64,000 bases of DNA from Eledone cirrhosa (taxonomy: Eukaryota): assembly GCA_964016885.1 (NCBI GenBank), contig OZ024744.1, positions 12,524,001 to 12,588,000 on the forward strand, given 5' to 3'. The position numbers and the translations under genes are program-made. Position 1 is the stretch's first letter. Each line of letters begins with the position of its first letter. The notes beneath the pieces were generated by a model. The model saw only the letters and a list, made by a program, of their open reading frames with translations. It did not search any database and was not told the DNA's origin. This document shows positions 12,001 to 26,500 of the stretch, piece after piece.

Positions 12001-13860
12001 GACATGACAGTAGTGTAGGTGGTAGTAGTGGTGACATGACAGTGGTGTAGGTGCTAATAGTGGTGACATGACAGTAGTGTAGGTGGTAGTAGTGGTGTCA
12101 TGACAGTAGTGTAGCTGGTAGTAGTGGTGACATGACGGTAGTGTAAGTGGTAGTAGTGGTGACATGACAGTACTGTAGGTGGTAGTACTGGTGACATGAC
12201 AGTAGTGTAGGTGGTAGTAGTGGTGTCATGACAGTAGTGTAGCTGGTAGTAGTGGTGTCATGACAGTAGTGTAGGTGGTAGTAGTGGTGTCATGACAATA
12301 GTGTCGGTGCTAGTAGTGGTGACATGATAGTAGTGTAGGTGGTAGTAGTGGTGACATGACAGTAGTGTAGGTGGTAGTAGTGGTGTCATGACAGTAGTGT
12401 AGGTGGTAGTAGTGGTGACATTAAAAGTAGTGTAGGTGGTAGTAGTGGTGACATTAAAAGTAGTGTAGGTGGTAGTAGTGGTGACATGACAGTAGTGTAG
12501 GTGGTAGTAGTGGTGTCATGACAGCAGTGTAGGTGGTAGTAGTGGTGACATGACAGTCGTGTAGGTGGTAGTAGTGGTGACATGACAGTAGTGTAGGTGG
12601 TAGTAGTGGTGACATGACAGTAGTGTAGGTGGTAGTAGTGGTGACATGACTGTAGTGTAGGTGGTAGTAGTGGTGTCATGACAATAGTGTAGGTGGTAGT
12701 AGTGGTGTCATGACAGTAGTGTAGGTAGTAGTAATGGTGTCATGACAATAGTGTAGGTGGTAGTAGTGGTGTCATGACAATAGTGTAGGTGGTAGTAGTG
12801 GTGAAATGACAGTAGTATAGGTGGTAGTAGTGGTGACATGACAGTAGTGTAGGTGGGAGTAGTGGTGACATGACAGTACTGTAGGTGGTAGTAGTAGTGT
12901 CATGACAGTAGTGTAGGTGGTAGTAGTGGTGTCATGACAGTAGTGTAGGTGGTAGTACTGGTGATATGACAGTAGTGTAGGTGGTAGTAGTGATGACATG
13001 ACAGTAGTGTAGGGGGTAGTAGTGGTGTCATGACAGTAGTGTAGGTGGTAGTAGTGGTGTCATGACTGTAGTATAGGTGGTAGTAGTGGTGTCATGACAG
13101 TAGTGGTGACATGACAGTAGTGTAGGTGGTAGTAGTGGTGACCTGACAATAGTGTAGGTGGTAGTAGTGGTGACATGACAGTACTGTAGGTGGTAGTAGT
13201 GGTGACATGACAGTAGTGTAGGTGGTAGTAGTGGTGTCATGACAGTAGTGTATGTGGTAGTAGTGGTGACATGACAGTAGTGTAGTTGGTAGTAGTGGTG
13301 ACATGACAGTAGTGTAGGTGGTATTAGTGGCGACATGACAGTAGTGTAGTTGGTAGTAGGGGTGACATGACAGTAGTGTAGGTGGTAGTAGTGGTGTCAT
13401 GACAGTAGTGTAGGTGGTAGTAGTGGTGACATGACAGTAGTGTAGGTGGTAGTAGTGGTGACATGACAGTACTGTAGGTGGTAGTAGTGGTGACATGACA
13501 GTAGTGTAGGTGGTAGTAGTGGTGTCATGACAGTAGTGTATGTGGTAGTAGTGGTGACATGACAGTAGTGTAGTTGGTAGTAGTGGTGACATGACAGTAG
13601 TGTAGGTGGTAGTAGTGGTGTCATGACAGTACTGTAGGTGGTAGTAGTGGTGACATGACAGTACTGTAGGTGGTAGTAGAGGTGACAACAGTAGTGTAGG
13701 TGGTAGTAGTGGTGTCATGACTGTAGTATAGGTGGTAGTAGTGGTGTCATGACAGTAGTGGTGACATGACAGTAGTGTAGGTGGTAGTAGTGGTGATCTG
13801 ACAATAGTGTAGGTGGTAGTAGTGGTGACATGACAGTACTGTAGGTGGTAGTAGTGGTGA

Positions 13861-14962
13861 CATGACAGTAGTGTAGGTGGTAGTAGTGGTGTCATGACAG
13901 TAGTGTATGTGGTAGTAGTGGTGACATGACAGTAGTGTAGTTGGTAGTAGTGGTGACATGACAGTAGTGTAGGTGGTAGTAGTGGTGACATGACAGTAGT
14001 GTAGGTGGCAATAGTGGTGACATGACAGTAGTGTAGGTTGTAGTAGTGGTGACATGACAGTAGTGTAGGTGGTAGTAGTGGTGACATAACAGTAGTGTAG
14101 GTTGTAGTAGTGGTGACATGACAGTAGTGTAGGTGGTAGTAGTGGTGACATGACAGTAGTGTAGGTGGTAGTAGTGGTGACATGACAGTGGTGTAGGTGG
14201 TAATAGTGGTGACATGACAGTAGTGTAGGTGGTAGTAGTGGTGACATGACAGTACTGTAGGTGGTAGTAGTGGTGACAACAGTAGTATAGGTGGTAGTAG
14301 TGGTGTCATGATAGTGGTGTGTGTGGTAGTAGTGGTCTCATGACAGTAGTGTAGGTGGTAGTAGTGGTGATATGACAGTAGTGTCGGTGGTAGTAGTGGT
14401 AGTAGTGTTGACATGACAGTAGTGTAGGTGGTAGTAGTGGTGTCATGACAGTAGTGTATGTGGTAGTAGTGGTGACATGACAGTAGTGTAGTTGGTAGTA
14501 GTGGTGACATGACAGTAGTGTAGGTGGTAGTAGTGGTGACATGACAGTAGTGTAGGTGGCAATAGTGGTGACATGACAGTAGTGTAGGTTGTAGTAGTGG
14601 TGACATGACAGTAGTGTAGGTGGTAGTAGTGGTGACATAACAGTAGTGTACGTTGTAGTAGTGGTGACATGACAGTAGTGTAGGTGGTAGTAGTGGTGAC
14701 ATGACAGTAGTGTAGGTGGTAGTAGTGGTGACATGACAGTGGTGTAGGTGGTAATAGTGGTGACATGACAGTAGTGTAGGTGGTAGTAGTGGTGACATGA
14801 CAGTACTGTAGGTGGTAGTAGTGGTGACAACAGTAGTATAGGTGGTAGTAGTGGTGTCATGATAGTGGTGTGTGTGGTAGTAGTGGTCTCATGACAGTAG
14901 TGTAGGTGGTAGTAGTGGTGATATGAGAGTAGTGTCGGTGGTAGTAGTGGTAGTAGTGGTGA
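13861..14962 (+). repeat. Tandem duplication, 551-bp unit (17 monomers), 2 copies
   Basis: GTGGCAATAG at ~14005/14556 and GATAGTGGTGTGTGTGG at ~14310/14861; ORF pair 13892/14443. 551 = 17x32 - 2 + 9 (one 30-mer and one 41-mer). Confidence 0.9.
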
Positions 14963-17900
14963 CATGACAGTAGGGTAGGTGGTAGTAGTGGCGACATGAC
15001 AGTGGTGTAGGTGGTAGTAGTGGTGACATGACAGTAGTGTAGGTGGTAGTAGTGGTGACATGACGGTAGTGTAAGTGGTAGTAATGGTGACATGACAGTA
15101 GTGTAGGTGGTAGTAGTGGTGACATGACAGTGGTGTAGGTGCTAATAGTGGTGACATGACAGTAGTGTAGGTGGTAGTAGTGGTGTCATGAAAGTAGTGT
15201 AGCTGGTAGTAGTGGTGACATGACGGTAGTGTAAGTGTTAGTAGTGGTGACATGACAGTACTGTAGGTGGTAGTAGTGGTGACATGACAGTAGTGTAGGT
15301 GGTAGTAGTGGTGTCATGACAGTAGTTTAGCTGGTAGTAGTGGTGTCATGACAGTAGTGTAGGTGGTAGTAGTGGTGTCATGACAGTAGTGTAGTGGTAG
15401 TAGTGGTGTCATGACAGTAGTGTAGGTGGTAGTAGTGGTGGCATGACAGTAGTGTAGGTGGTAGTAGTGGTGACATTAAAAGTAGTGTAGGTGGTAGTAG
15501 TGGTGACATGATAGTAGTGTAGGTGGTAGTAGTGGTGACATGACAGTAGTGTAGGTGGTAGTAGTGGTGTCATGACAGTAGTGTAGGTGGTAGTAGTGGT
15601 GACATTAAAAGTAGTGTAGGTGGTAGTAGTGGTGACATGACAGTAGTGTAGGTGGTAGTAGTGGTGACATGACAGTTGTGTAGGTGGTAGTAGTGGTGTC
15701 ATGACAGCAGTGTAGGTGGTAGTAGTGGTGACATGACAGTCGTGTAGATGGTAGTAGTGGTGACATGACAGTAGTGTAGGTGGTAGTAGTGGTGACATGA
15801 CAGTAGTGTAGGTGGTAGTAGTGGTGACATGACTGTAGTGTAGGTGGTAGTAGTGGTGTCATGACAATAGTGTAGGTGGTAGTAGTGGTGTCATGACAGT
15901 AGTGTAGGTAGTAGTAGTGGTGTCATGACAATAGTGTAGGTGGTAGTAGTGGTGAAATGACAGTAGTATAGATGGTAGTAGTGGTGACATGACAGTAGTG
16001 TAGGTGGGAGTAGTGGTGAGATGACAGTAGTGTAGGTGGTAGTAGTGGTGTCATGACAATAGTGTAGGTGGTAGTAGTGGTGTCATGACTATAGTGTAGG
16101 TGGTAGTAGAGGTGAAATGACAGTAGTATAGGTGGTAGTAGTGGTGACATGACAGTAGTGTAGGTGGGAGTAGTGGTGACATGACAGTACTGTAGGTGGT
16201 AGTAGTAGTGTCATGACAGTAGTGTAGGTGGTAGTAGTGGTGCCATGACAGTAGTGTAGGTGGTAGTACTGGTGATATGACAGTAGTGTAGGTGGTAGTA
16301 GTGATGACATGACAGTAGTGTAGGGGGTAGTAGTGGTGTCATGACAGTAGTGTAGGTGGTAGTAGTGGTGTCATGACTGTAGTATAGGTGTTAGTAGTGG
16401 TGTCATGACAGTAGTGGTGACATGACAGTAGTGTAGGTGGTAGTAGTGGTGACCTGACAATAGTGTAGGTGTTAGTAGTGGTGACATGACAGTACTGTAG
16501 GTGGTAGTAGTGGTGACATGACAGTAGTGTAGGTGGTAGTAGTGGTGTCATGACAGTAGTGTATGTGGTAGTAGTGGTGACATGACAGTAGTGTAGTTGG
16601 TAGTAGTGGTGACATGACAGTAGTGTAGGTGGTAGTAGTGGTGACATGACAGTAGTGTAGTTGGTAGTAGGGGTGACATGACAGTAGTGTAGGTGGTAGT
16701 AGTGGTGTCATGACAGTAGTGTAGGTGGTAGTAGTGGTGACATGACAGTAGTGTAGGTGGTAGTAGTGGTGACATGACAGTACTGTAGGTGGTAGTAGTG
16801 GTGACATGACAGTAGTGTAGGTGGTAGTAGTGGTGTCATGACAGTAGTGTATGTGGTAGTAGTGGTGACATGACAGTAGTGTAGTTGGTAGTAGTGGTGA
16901 CATGACAGTAGTGTAGGTGGTAGTAGTGGTGTCATGACAGTACTGTAGGTGGTAGTAGTGGTGACATGACAGTAGTGTAGGTGGTAGTAGTGGTGACATG
17001 ACAGTAGTGTAGGTGGTAGTAGTGGTGACATGACAGTAGTGTAGGTGGTAGTAGTGGTGACATGACAGTACTGTAGGTGGTAGTAGTGGTGACATGACAG
17101 TAGTGTAGGTGGTAGTAGTGGTGTCATGACAGTAGTGTATGTGGTAGTAGTGGTGACATGACAGTACTGTAGGTGGTAGTAGTGGTGACAACAGTAGTGT
17201 AGGTGGTAGTAGTGGTGTCATGATAGTGGTGTGTGTGGTAGTAGTGGTCTCATGACAGTAGTGTAGGTGGTAGTAGAGGTGATATGACAGTAGTGTCGGT
17301 GGTAGTAGTGGTGACATGACAGTACTGTAGGTGGTAGTAGTGGTGTCATGACAGTAGGGTAGGTGGTAGTAGTGGTGACATGACAGTGGTGTAGGTGGTA
17401 GTAGTGGTGACATGACAGTAGTGTAGGTGGTAGTAGTGGTGACATGACGGTAGTGTAAGTGGTAGTAATGGTGACATGACAGTAGTGTAGATGGTAGTAG
17501 TGGTGACATGACAGTGGTGTAGGTGCTAATAGTGGTGACATGACAGTAGTGTAGGTGGTAGTAGTGGTGTCATGACAGTAGTGTAGCTGGTAGTAGTGGT
17601 GACATGACGGTAGTGTAAGTGGTTGTAATAGTGACATGACAGTAGTGTAGGTGGTAGTAGTGGTGTCATGACAGTAGTGTAGGTGGTAGTACTGGTAACA
17701 TGACAGTAATGTAGGTGGTAGTAGTGATGACATAACAGTAGTGTAGGTTGTAGTAGTGGTGTCATGACAGTAGTGTAGGTGGTAGTAGTGGTGTCATGAC
17801 TGTAGTATAGGTGGTAGTAGTGGTGAAATGACAGTAGTGTAGGTGGTAGTAGTGGTGACATGACAGTAGTGTAGGTGGTAGTAGTGGTGTCATGACAGTA

Positions 17901-20900
17901 GTGTATGTGGTAGTAGTGGTGACATGACAGTAGTGTAGTTGGTAGTAGTGGTGACATGACAGTAGTGTAGGTGGTAGTAGTGGTGACATGACAGTAGTGT
18001 AGGTGTTAGTAGTGGTGACATGACAGTAGTGTAGGTGGTAGTAGTGGTGTCATGACAGTAGTGTAGGTGGTAGTAGTGGTGACATGACAGTACTGTAGGT
18101 GGTAGTAGTAATGTCATGACAGTAGTGTAGGTGGTAGTAGTGGTGTCATGACAGTACTGTAGGTGGTAGTAGTGGTGTCATGACAGTAGTGTAGGTGGAA
18201 GTAGTGGTGACATGACAGTAGTGTAGGTGGTAGTAGTGGTGTCATGACAGTAGTGTAGGTGGTAGTAGTGTGGTCATGACAGTAGTGTAAGTGGTAGTAA
18301 TATTGACATGACAGTAGTGTAGGTGGTAGTAGTGGTGACATGACAGTAGTGTAGGTGGTAGTAGTGGTGACATGACAGTAGTGTAGATGGTAGTAGTGCT
18401 GATATGACAGTAGCGTAGGTGGTAGTAGGGTGACATGACAGTAGTGTAGGTGGTAGTAGTGGTGTCATGACAGTAGTGTAGGGGGTAGTAGTGGTGACAT
18501 GACAGTAGTGTAGGTGGTAGTAGTGCTGTCATGAGAGTAGTGTAGGTGGGAGTAGTTGTGACATGACAGTACAGTAGGTGGTAGTAGTAGTGTCATGACA
18601 GTAGTGTAGGTGGTAGTAGTGGTGTCATGACAGTAGTGTAGGTGGTAGTACTGGTGATATGACAGTAGTGTAGGTGGTAGTAGTGATGACATGACAGTGG
18701 TGTAGGGGGTAGTAGTGGTGTCATGACAGTAGTGTAGGTGGTAGTAGTGGTGTCATGACTGTAGTATAGGTGGTAGTAGTGGTGTCATGACAGTAGTGGT
18801 GACATGACAGTAGTGTAGGTGGTAGTAGTGGTGACCTGACAATAGTGTAGGTGGTAGTAGTGGTGACATGACAGTACTGTAGGTGGTAGTAGTGGTGACA
18901 TGACAGTAGTGTAGGTGGTAGTAGTGGTGTCATGACAGTAGTGTATGTGGTAGTAGTGGTGACATGACAGTAGTGTAGTTGGTAGTAGTGGTGACATGAC
19001 AGTAGTGTAGTTGGTAGTAGGGGTGACATGACAGTAGTGTAGGTGGTAGTAGTGGTGTCATGACAGTAGTGTAGGTGGTAGTAGTGGTGACATGACAGTA
19101 GTGTAGGTGGTAGTAGTGGTGACATGACAGTACTGTAGGTGGTAGTAGTGGTGACATGACAGTAGTGTAGGTGGTAGTAGTGGTGTCATGACAGTAGTGT
19201 ATGTGGTAGTAGTGGTGACATGACAGTAGTGTAGTTGGTAGAAGTGGTGACATGACAGTAGTGTAGGTGGTAGTAGTGGTGTCATGACAGTACTGTAGGT
19301 GGTAGTAGTGGTGACATGACAGTAGTGTAGGTGGTAGTATTGGTGACATGACAGTAGTGTAGGTGGTAGTAGTGGTGACATGACAGTAGTGTAGGTGGTA
19401 GTAGTGGTGACATGACAGTAGTGTAGGTGGGAGTAGTGGTGAGATGACAGTAGTGTAGGTGGTAGTAGTGGTGTCATGACAATAGTGTAGGTGGTAGTAG
19501 TGGTGTCATGACTATAGTGTAGGTGGTAGTAGAGGTGAAATGACAGTAGTATAGGTGGTAGTAGTGGTGACATGACAGTAGTGTAGGTGGGAGTAGTGGT
19601 GACATGACAGTACTGTAGGTGGTAGTAGTAGTGTCATGACAGTAGTGTAGGTGGTAGTACTGGTGATATGACAGTAGTGTAGGTGGTAGTAGTGATGACA
19701 TGACAGTAGTGTAGGGGGTAGTAGTGGTGTCATGACAGTAGTGTAGGTGGTAGTAGTGGTGTCATGACTGTAGTATAGGTGGTAGTAGTGGTGTCATGAC
19801 AGTAGTGGTGACATGACAGTAGTGTAGGTGGTAGTAGTGGTGACCTGACAATAGTGTAGGTGTTAGTAGTGGTGACATGACAGTACTGTAGGTGGTAGTA
19901 GTGGTGACATGACAGTAGTGTAGGTGGTAGTAGTGGTGTCATGACAGTAGTGTATGTGGTAGTAGTGGTGACATGACAGTAGTGTAGTTGGTAGTAGTGC
20001 TGACATGACAGTAGTGTAGGTGGTAGTAGTGGTGACATGACAGTAGTGTAGTTGGTAGTAGGGGTGACATGACAGTAGTGTAGGTGGTAGTAGTGGTGTC
20101 ATGACAGTAGTGTAGGTGGTAGTAGTGGTGACATGACAGTAGTGTAGGTGGTAGTAGTGGTGTCATGACTGTAGTATAGGTGGTAGTAGTGGTGAAATGA
20201 CAGTAGTGTAGGTGGTAGTAGTGGTGACATGACAGTAGTGTAGGTGGTAGTAGTGGTGACATGACAGTAGTGTAGTTGGTAGTAGTGGTGACATGACAGT
20301 AGTGTAGGTGGTAGTAGTGGTGACATGACAGTAGTGTAGGTGTTAGTAGTGGTGACATGACAGTAGTGTAGGTGGTAGTAGTGGTGTCATGACAGTAGTG
20401 TAGGTGGTAGTAGTGGTGACATGACAGTACTGTAGGTGGTAGTAGTAATGTCATGACAGTAGTGTAGGTGGTAGTAGTGGTGTCATGACAGTACTGTAGG
20501 TGGTAGTAGTGGTGTCATGACAGTAGTGTAGGTGGAAGTAGTGGTGACATGACAGTAGTGTAGGTGGTAGTAGTGGTGTCATGACAGTAGTGTAGGTGGT
20601 AGTAGTGTGGTCATGACAGTAGTGTAAGTGGTAGTAATAGTGACATGACAGTAGTGTAGGTGGTAGTAGTGGTGACATGACAGTAGTGTAGGTGGTAGTA
20701 GTGGTGACATTACAGTAGTGTAGGTGGTAGTAGTGGTGTCATGACAGTAGTGTAGGTGGTAGTAGTAGTGACATGACAGTAGTTTAAGTGGTAGTAATAG
20801 TGACATGACAGTAGTGTAGGTGGTAGTAGTGGTGACATGACAGTAGTGTAGGTGGTAGTAGTGGTGACATGACAGTAGTGTAGATGGTAGTAGTGCTGAT

Positions 20901-22539
20901 ATGACAGTAGCGTAGGTGGTAGTAGGGTGACATGACAGTAGTGTAGGTGGTAGTAGTGGTGTCATGACAGTAGTGTAGGGGGTAGTAGTGGTGACATGAC
21001 AGTAGTGTAGGTGGTAGTAGTGCTGTCATGACAGTAGTGTAGGTGGGAGTAGTGGTGACATGACAGTACAGTAGGTGGTAGTAGTAGTGTCATGACAGTA
21101 GTGTAGGTGGTAGTAGTGGTGTCATGACAGTAGTGTAGGTGGTAGTACTGGTGATATGACAGTAGTGTAGGTGGTAGTAGTGATGACATGACAGTAGTGT
21201 AGGGGGTAGTAGTGGTGTCATGACAGTAGTATAGGTGGTAGTAGTGGTGTCATGACAGTAGTGGTGACATGACAGTAGTGTAGGTGGTAGTAGTGGTGAC
21301 CTGACAATAGTGTAGGTGGTAGTAGTGGTGACATGACAGTACTGTAGGTGGTAGTAGTGGTGACATGACAGTAGTGTAGGTGGTAGTAGTGGTGTCATGA
21401 CAGTAGTGTATGTGGTAGTAGTGGTGACATGACAGTAGTGTAGTTGGTAGTAGTGGTGACATGACAGTAGTGTAGGTGGTAGTAGTGGTGACATGACAGT
21501 AGTGTAGTTAGTAGTAGGGGTGACATGACAGTAGTGTAGGTGGTAGTAGTGGTGTCATGACAGTAGTGTAGGTGGTAGTAGTGGTGACATGACAGTAGTG
21601 TAGGTGGTAGTAGTGGTGACATGACAGTACTGTAGGTGGTAGTAGTGGTGACATGACAGTAGTGTAGGTGGTAGTAGTGGTGTCATGACAGTAGTGTATG
21701 TGGTAGTAGTGGTGACATGACAGTAGTGTAGTTGGTAGTAGTGGTGACATGACAGTAGTGTAGGTGGTAGTAGTGGTGTCATGACAGTACTGTAGGTGGT
21801 AGTAGTGGTGACATGACAGTAGTGTAGTTGGTAGTAGTGGTGACATGACAGTAGTGTAGGTGGTAGTAGTGGTGACATGACAGTAGTGTAGGTGGTAGTA
21901 GTGGTGACATGACAGTAGTGTAGGTGGTAGTAGTGGTGACATGACAGTAGTGTAGGTGGTAGTAGTGGTGACATGACAGTAGTGTAGGTGGTAGTAGTGG
22001 TGACATGACAGTAGTGTAGGTGGGAGTAGTGGTGAGATAACAGTAGTGTAGGTGGTAGTAGTGGTGTCATGACAATAGTGTAGGTGGTAGTAGTGGTGTC
22101 ATGACTATAGTGTAGGTGGTAGTAGAGGTGAAATGACAGTAGTATAGGTGGTAGTAGTGGTGACATGACAGTAGTGTAGGTGGGAGTAGTGGTGACATGA
22201 CAGTACTGTAGGTAGTAGTAGTAGTGTCATGACAGTAGTGTAGGTGGTAGTAGTGGTGTCATGACAGTAGTGTAGGTGGTAGTACTGGTGATATGACAGT
22301 AGTGTAGGTGGTAGTAGTGATGACATGACAGTAGTGTAGGGGGTAGTAGTGGTGTCATGACAGTAGTGTAGGTGGTAGTAGTGGTGTCATGACTGTAGTA
22401 TAGGTGGTAGTAGTGGTGTCATGACAGTAGTGGTGACATGACAGTAGTGTAGGTGGTAGTAGTGCTGACCTGACAATAGTGTAGGTGTTAGTAGTGGTGA
22501 CATGACAGTACTGTAGGTGGTAGTAGTGGTGACATGACA

Positions 22540-23520
22540 GTAGTGTAGGTGGTAGTAGTGGTGTCATGACAGTAGTGTATGTGGTAGTAGTGGTGACATG
22601 ACAGTAGTGTAGTTGGTAGTAGTGCTGACATGACAGTAGTGTAGGTGGTAGTAGTGGTGACATGACAGTAGTGTAGTTGGTAGTAGGGGTGACATGACAG
22701 TAGTGTAGGTGGTAGTAGTGCTGTCATGACAGTAGTGTAGGTGGTAGTAGTGGTGACATGACAGTAGTGTAGGTGGTAGTAGTGGTGACATGACAGTACT
22801 GTAGGTGGTAGTAGTGGTGACATGACAGTAGTGTAGGTGGTAGTAGTGGTGTCATGACAGTAGTGTATGTGGTAGTAGTGGTGACATGACAGTAGTGTAG
22901 TTGGTAGTAGTGGTGACATGACAGTAGTGTAGGTGGTAGTAGTGGTGTCATGACAGTACTGTAGGTGGTAGTAGTGGTGACATGACAGTAGTGTAGGTGG
23001 TAGTAGTGGTGACATGACAGTAGTGTAGGTGGTAGTAGTGGTGTCATGACAGTAGTGTATGTGGTAGTAGTGGTGACATGACAGTAGTGTAGTTGGTAGT
23101 AGTGGTGACATGACAGTAGTGTAGGTGGTAGTAGTGGTGACATGACAGTAGTGTAGTTGGTAGTAGGGGTGACATGACAGTAGTGTAGGTGGTAGTAGTG
23201 GTGTCATGACAGTAGTGTAGGTGGTAGTAGTGGTGACATGACAGTAGTGTAGGTGGTAGTAGTGGTGACATGACAGTACTGTAGGTGGTAGTAGTGGTGA
23301 CATGACAGTAGTGTAGGTGGTAGTAGTGGTGTCATGACAGTAGTGTATGTGGTAGTAGTGGTGACATGACAGTAGTGTAGTTGGTAGTAGTGGTGACATG
23401 ACAGTAGTGTAGGTGGTAGTAGTGGTGTCATGACAGTACTGTAGGTGGTAGTAGTGGTGACATGACAGTAGTGTAGGTGGTAGTAGTGGTGACATGACAG
23501 TAGTGTAGGTGGTAGTAGTG
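22540..23520 (+). repeat. Tandem duplication, 480-bp unit (15 monomers), 2 copies
   Basis: ORF pairs 22564/23044 and 22724/23204. The variant order TATGT, AGTTGG, AGTTGG+GGGGTG, TACTGT, TATGT, AGTTGG, TACTGT is repeated. The sister copy at ~32.5-33.0 kb has only one unit. Confidence 0.85.
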
Positions 23521-26500
23521 GTGACATGACAGTAGTGTAGGTGGTAGTAGTGGTGACATGACAGTACTGTAGGTGGTAGTAGTGGTGACATGACAGTAGT
23601 GTAGGTGGTAGTAGTGGTGTCATGACAGTAGTGTATGTGGTAGTAGTGGTGACATGACAGTACTGTAGGTGGTAGTAGTGGTGACAACAGTAGTGTAGGT
23701 GGTAGTAGTGGTGTCATGATAGTGGTGTGTGTGGTAGTAGTGGTCTCATGACAGTAGTGTAGGTGGTAGTAGTGGTGATATGACAGTAGTGTCGGTGGTA
23801 GTAGTGGTGACATGACAGTACTGTAGGTGGTAGTAGTGGTGTCATGACAGTAGGGTAGGTGGTAGTAGTGGTGACATGACAGTGGTGTAGGTGGTAGTAG
23901 TGGTGACATGACAGTAGTGTAGGTGGTAGTAGTGGTGACATGACGGTAGTGTAAGTGGTAGTAATGGTGACATGACAGTAGTGTAGGTGGTAGTAGTGGT
24001 GACATGACAGTGGTGTAGGTGCTAATAGTGGTGACATGACAGTAGTGTAGGTGGTAGTAGTGGTGTCATGACAGTAGTGAAGCTGGTAGTAGTGGTGACA
24101 TGACGGTAGTGTAAGTGGTTGTAATAGTGACATGACAGTAGTGTAGGTGGTAGTAGTGGTGTCATGACAGTAGTGTAGGTGGTAGTACTGGTAACATGAC
24201 AGTAATGTAGGTGGTAGTAGTGATGACATAACAGTAGTGTAGGTTGTAGTAGTGGTGTCATGACAGTAGTGTAGGTGGTAGTAGTGGTGTCATGACTGTA
24301 GTATAGGTGGTAGTAGTGGTGAAATGACAGTAGTGTAGGTGGTAGTAGTGGTGACATGACAGTAGTGTAGGTGGTAGTAGTGGTGTCATGACAGTAGTGT
24401 ATGTGGTAGTAGTGGTGACATGACAGTAGTGTAGTTGGTAGTAGTGGTGACATGACAGTAGTGTAGGTGGTAGTAGTGGTGACATGACAGTAGTGTAGGT
24501 GTTAGTAGTGGTGACATGACAGTAGTGTAGGTGGTAGTAGTGGTGTCATGACAGTAGTGTAGGTGGTAGTAGTGGTGACATGACAGTACTGTAGGTGGTA
24601 GTAGTAATGTCATGACAGTAGTGTAGGTGGTAGTAGTGGTGTCATGACAGTACTGTAGGTGGTAGTAGTGGTGTCATGACAGTAGTGTAGGTGGAAGTAG
24701 TGGTGACATGACAGTAGTGTAGGTGGTAGTAGTGGTGTCATGACAGTAGTGTAGGTGGTAGTAGTGTGGTCATGACAGTAGTGTAAGTGGTAGTAATAGT
24801 GACATGACAGTAGTGTAGGTGGTAGTAGTGGTGGCATGACAGTAGTGTAGGTGGTAGTAGTGGTGACATTACAGTAGTGTAGGTGGTAGTAGTGGTGTCA
24901 TGACAGTAGTGTAGGTGGTAGTAGTAGTGACATGACAGTAGTGTAAGTGGTAGTAATAGTGACATGACAGTAGTGTAGGTGGTAGTAGTGGTGACATGAC
25001 AGTAGTGTAGGTGGTAGTAGTGGTGACATGACAGTAGTGTAGATGGTAGTAGTGCTGATATGACAGTAGCGTAGGTGGTAGTAGGGTGACATGACAGTAG
25101 TGTAGGTGGTAGTAGTGGTGTCATGACAGTAGTGTAGGGGGTAGTAGTGGTGACATGACAGTAGTGTAGGTGGTAGTAGTGCTGTCATGACAGTAGTGTA
25201 GGTGGGAGTAGTGGTGACATGACAGTACAGTAGGTGGTAGTAGTAGTGTCATGACAGTAGTGTAGGTGGTAGTAGTGGTGTCATGACAGTAGTGTAGGTG
25301 GTAGTACTGGTGATATGACAGTAGTGTAGGTGGTAGTAGTGATGACATGACAGTGGTGTAGGGGGTAGTAGTGGTGTCATGACAGTAGTGTAGGTGGTAG
25401 TAGTGGTGTCATGACTGTAGTATAGGTGGTAGTAGTGGTGTCATGACAGTAGTGGTGACATGACAGTAGTGTAGGTGGTAGTAGTGGTGACCTGACAATA
25501 GTGTAGGTGGTAGTAGTGGTGACATGACAGTACTGTAGGTGGTAGTAGTGGTGACATGACAGTAGTGTAGGTGGTAGTAGTGGTGTCATGACAGTAGTGT
25601 ATGTGGTAGTAGTGGTGACATGACAGTAGTGTAGTTGGTAGTAGTGGTGACATGACAGTAGTGTAGGTGGTAGTAGTGGTGACATGACAGTAGTGTAGTT
25701 GGTAGTAGGGGTGACATGACAGTAGTGTAGGTGGTAGTAGTGGTGTCATGACAGTAGTGTAGGTGGTAGTAGTGGTGACATGACAGTAGTGTAGGTGGTA
25801 GTAGTGGTGACATGACAGTACTGTAGGTGGTAGTAGTGGTGACATGACAGTAGTGTAGGTGGTAGTAGTGGTGACATGACAGTACTGTAGGTGGTAGTAG
25901 TGGTGACATGACAGTAGTGTAGGTGGTAGTAGTGGTGTCATGACAGTAGTGTATGTGGTAGTAGTGGTGACATGACAGTAGTGTAGTTGGTAGTAGTGGT
26001 GACATGACAGTAGTGTAGGTGGTAGTAGTGGTGTCATGACAGTACTGTAGGTGGTAGTAGTGGTGACATGACAGTAGTGTAGGTGGTAGTAGTGGTGACA
26101 TGACAGTAGTGTAGGTGGTAGTAGTGGTGTCATGACAGTAGTGTATGTGGTAGTAGTGGTGACATGACAGTAGTGTAGTTGGTAGTAGTGGTGACATGAC
26201 AGTAGTGTAGGTGGTAGTAGTGGTGACATGACAGTAGTGTAGTTGGTAGTAGGGGTGACATGACAGTAGTGTAGGTGGTAGTAGTGGTGTCATGACAGTA
26301 GTGTAGGTGGTAGTAGTGGTGACATGACAGTAGTGTAGGTGGTAGTAGTGGTGACATGACAGTACTGTAGGTGGTAGTAGTGGTGACATGACAGTAGTGT
26401 AGGTGGTAGTAGTGGTGTCATGACAGTAGTGTATGTGGTAGTAGTGGTGACATGACAGTAGTGTAGTTGGTAGTAGTGGTGACATGACAGTAGTGTAGGT

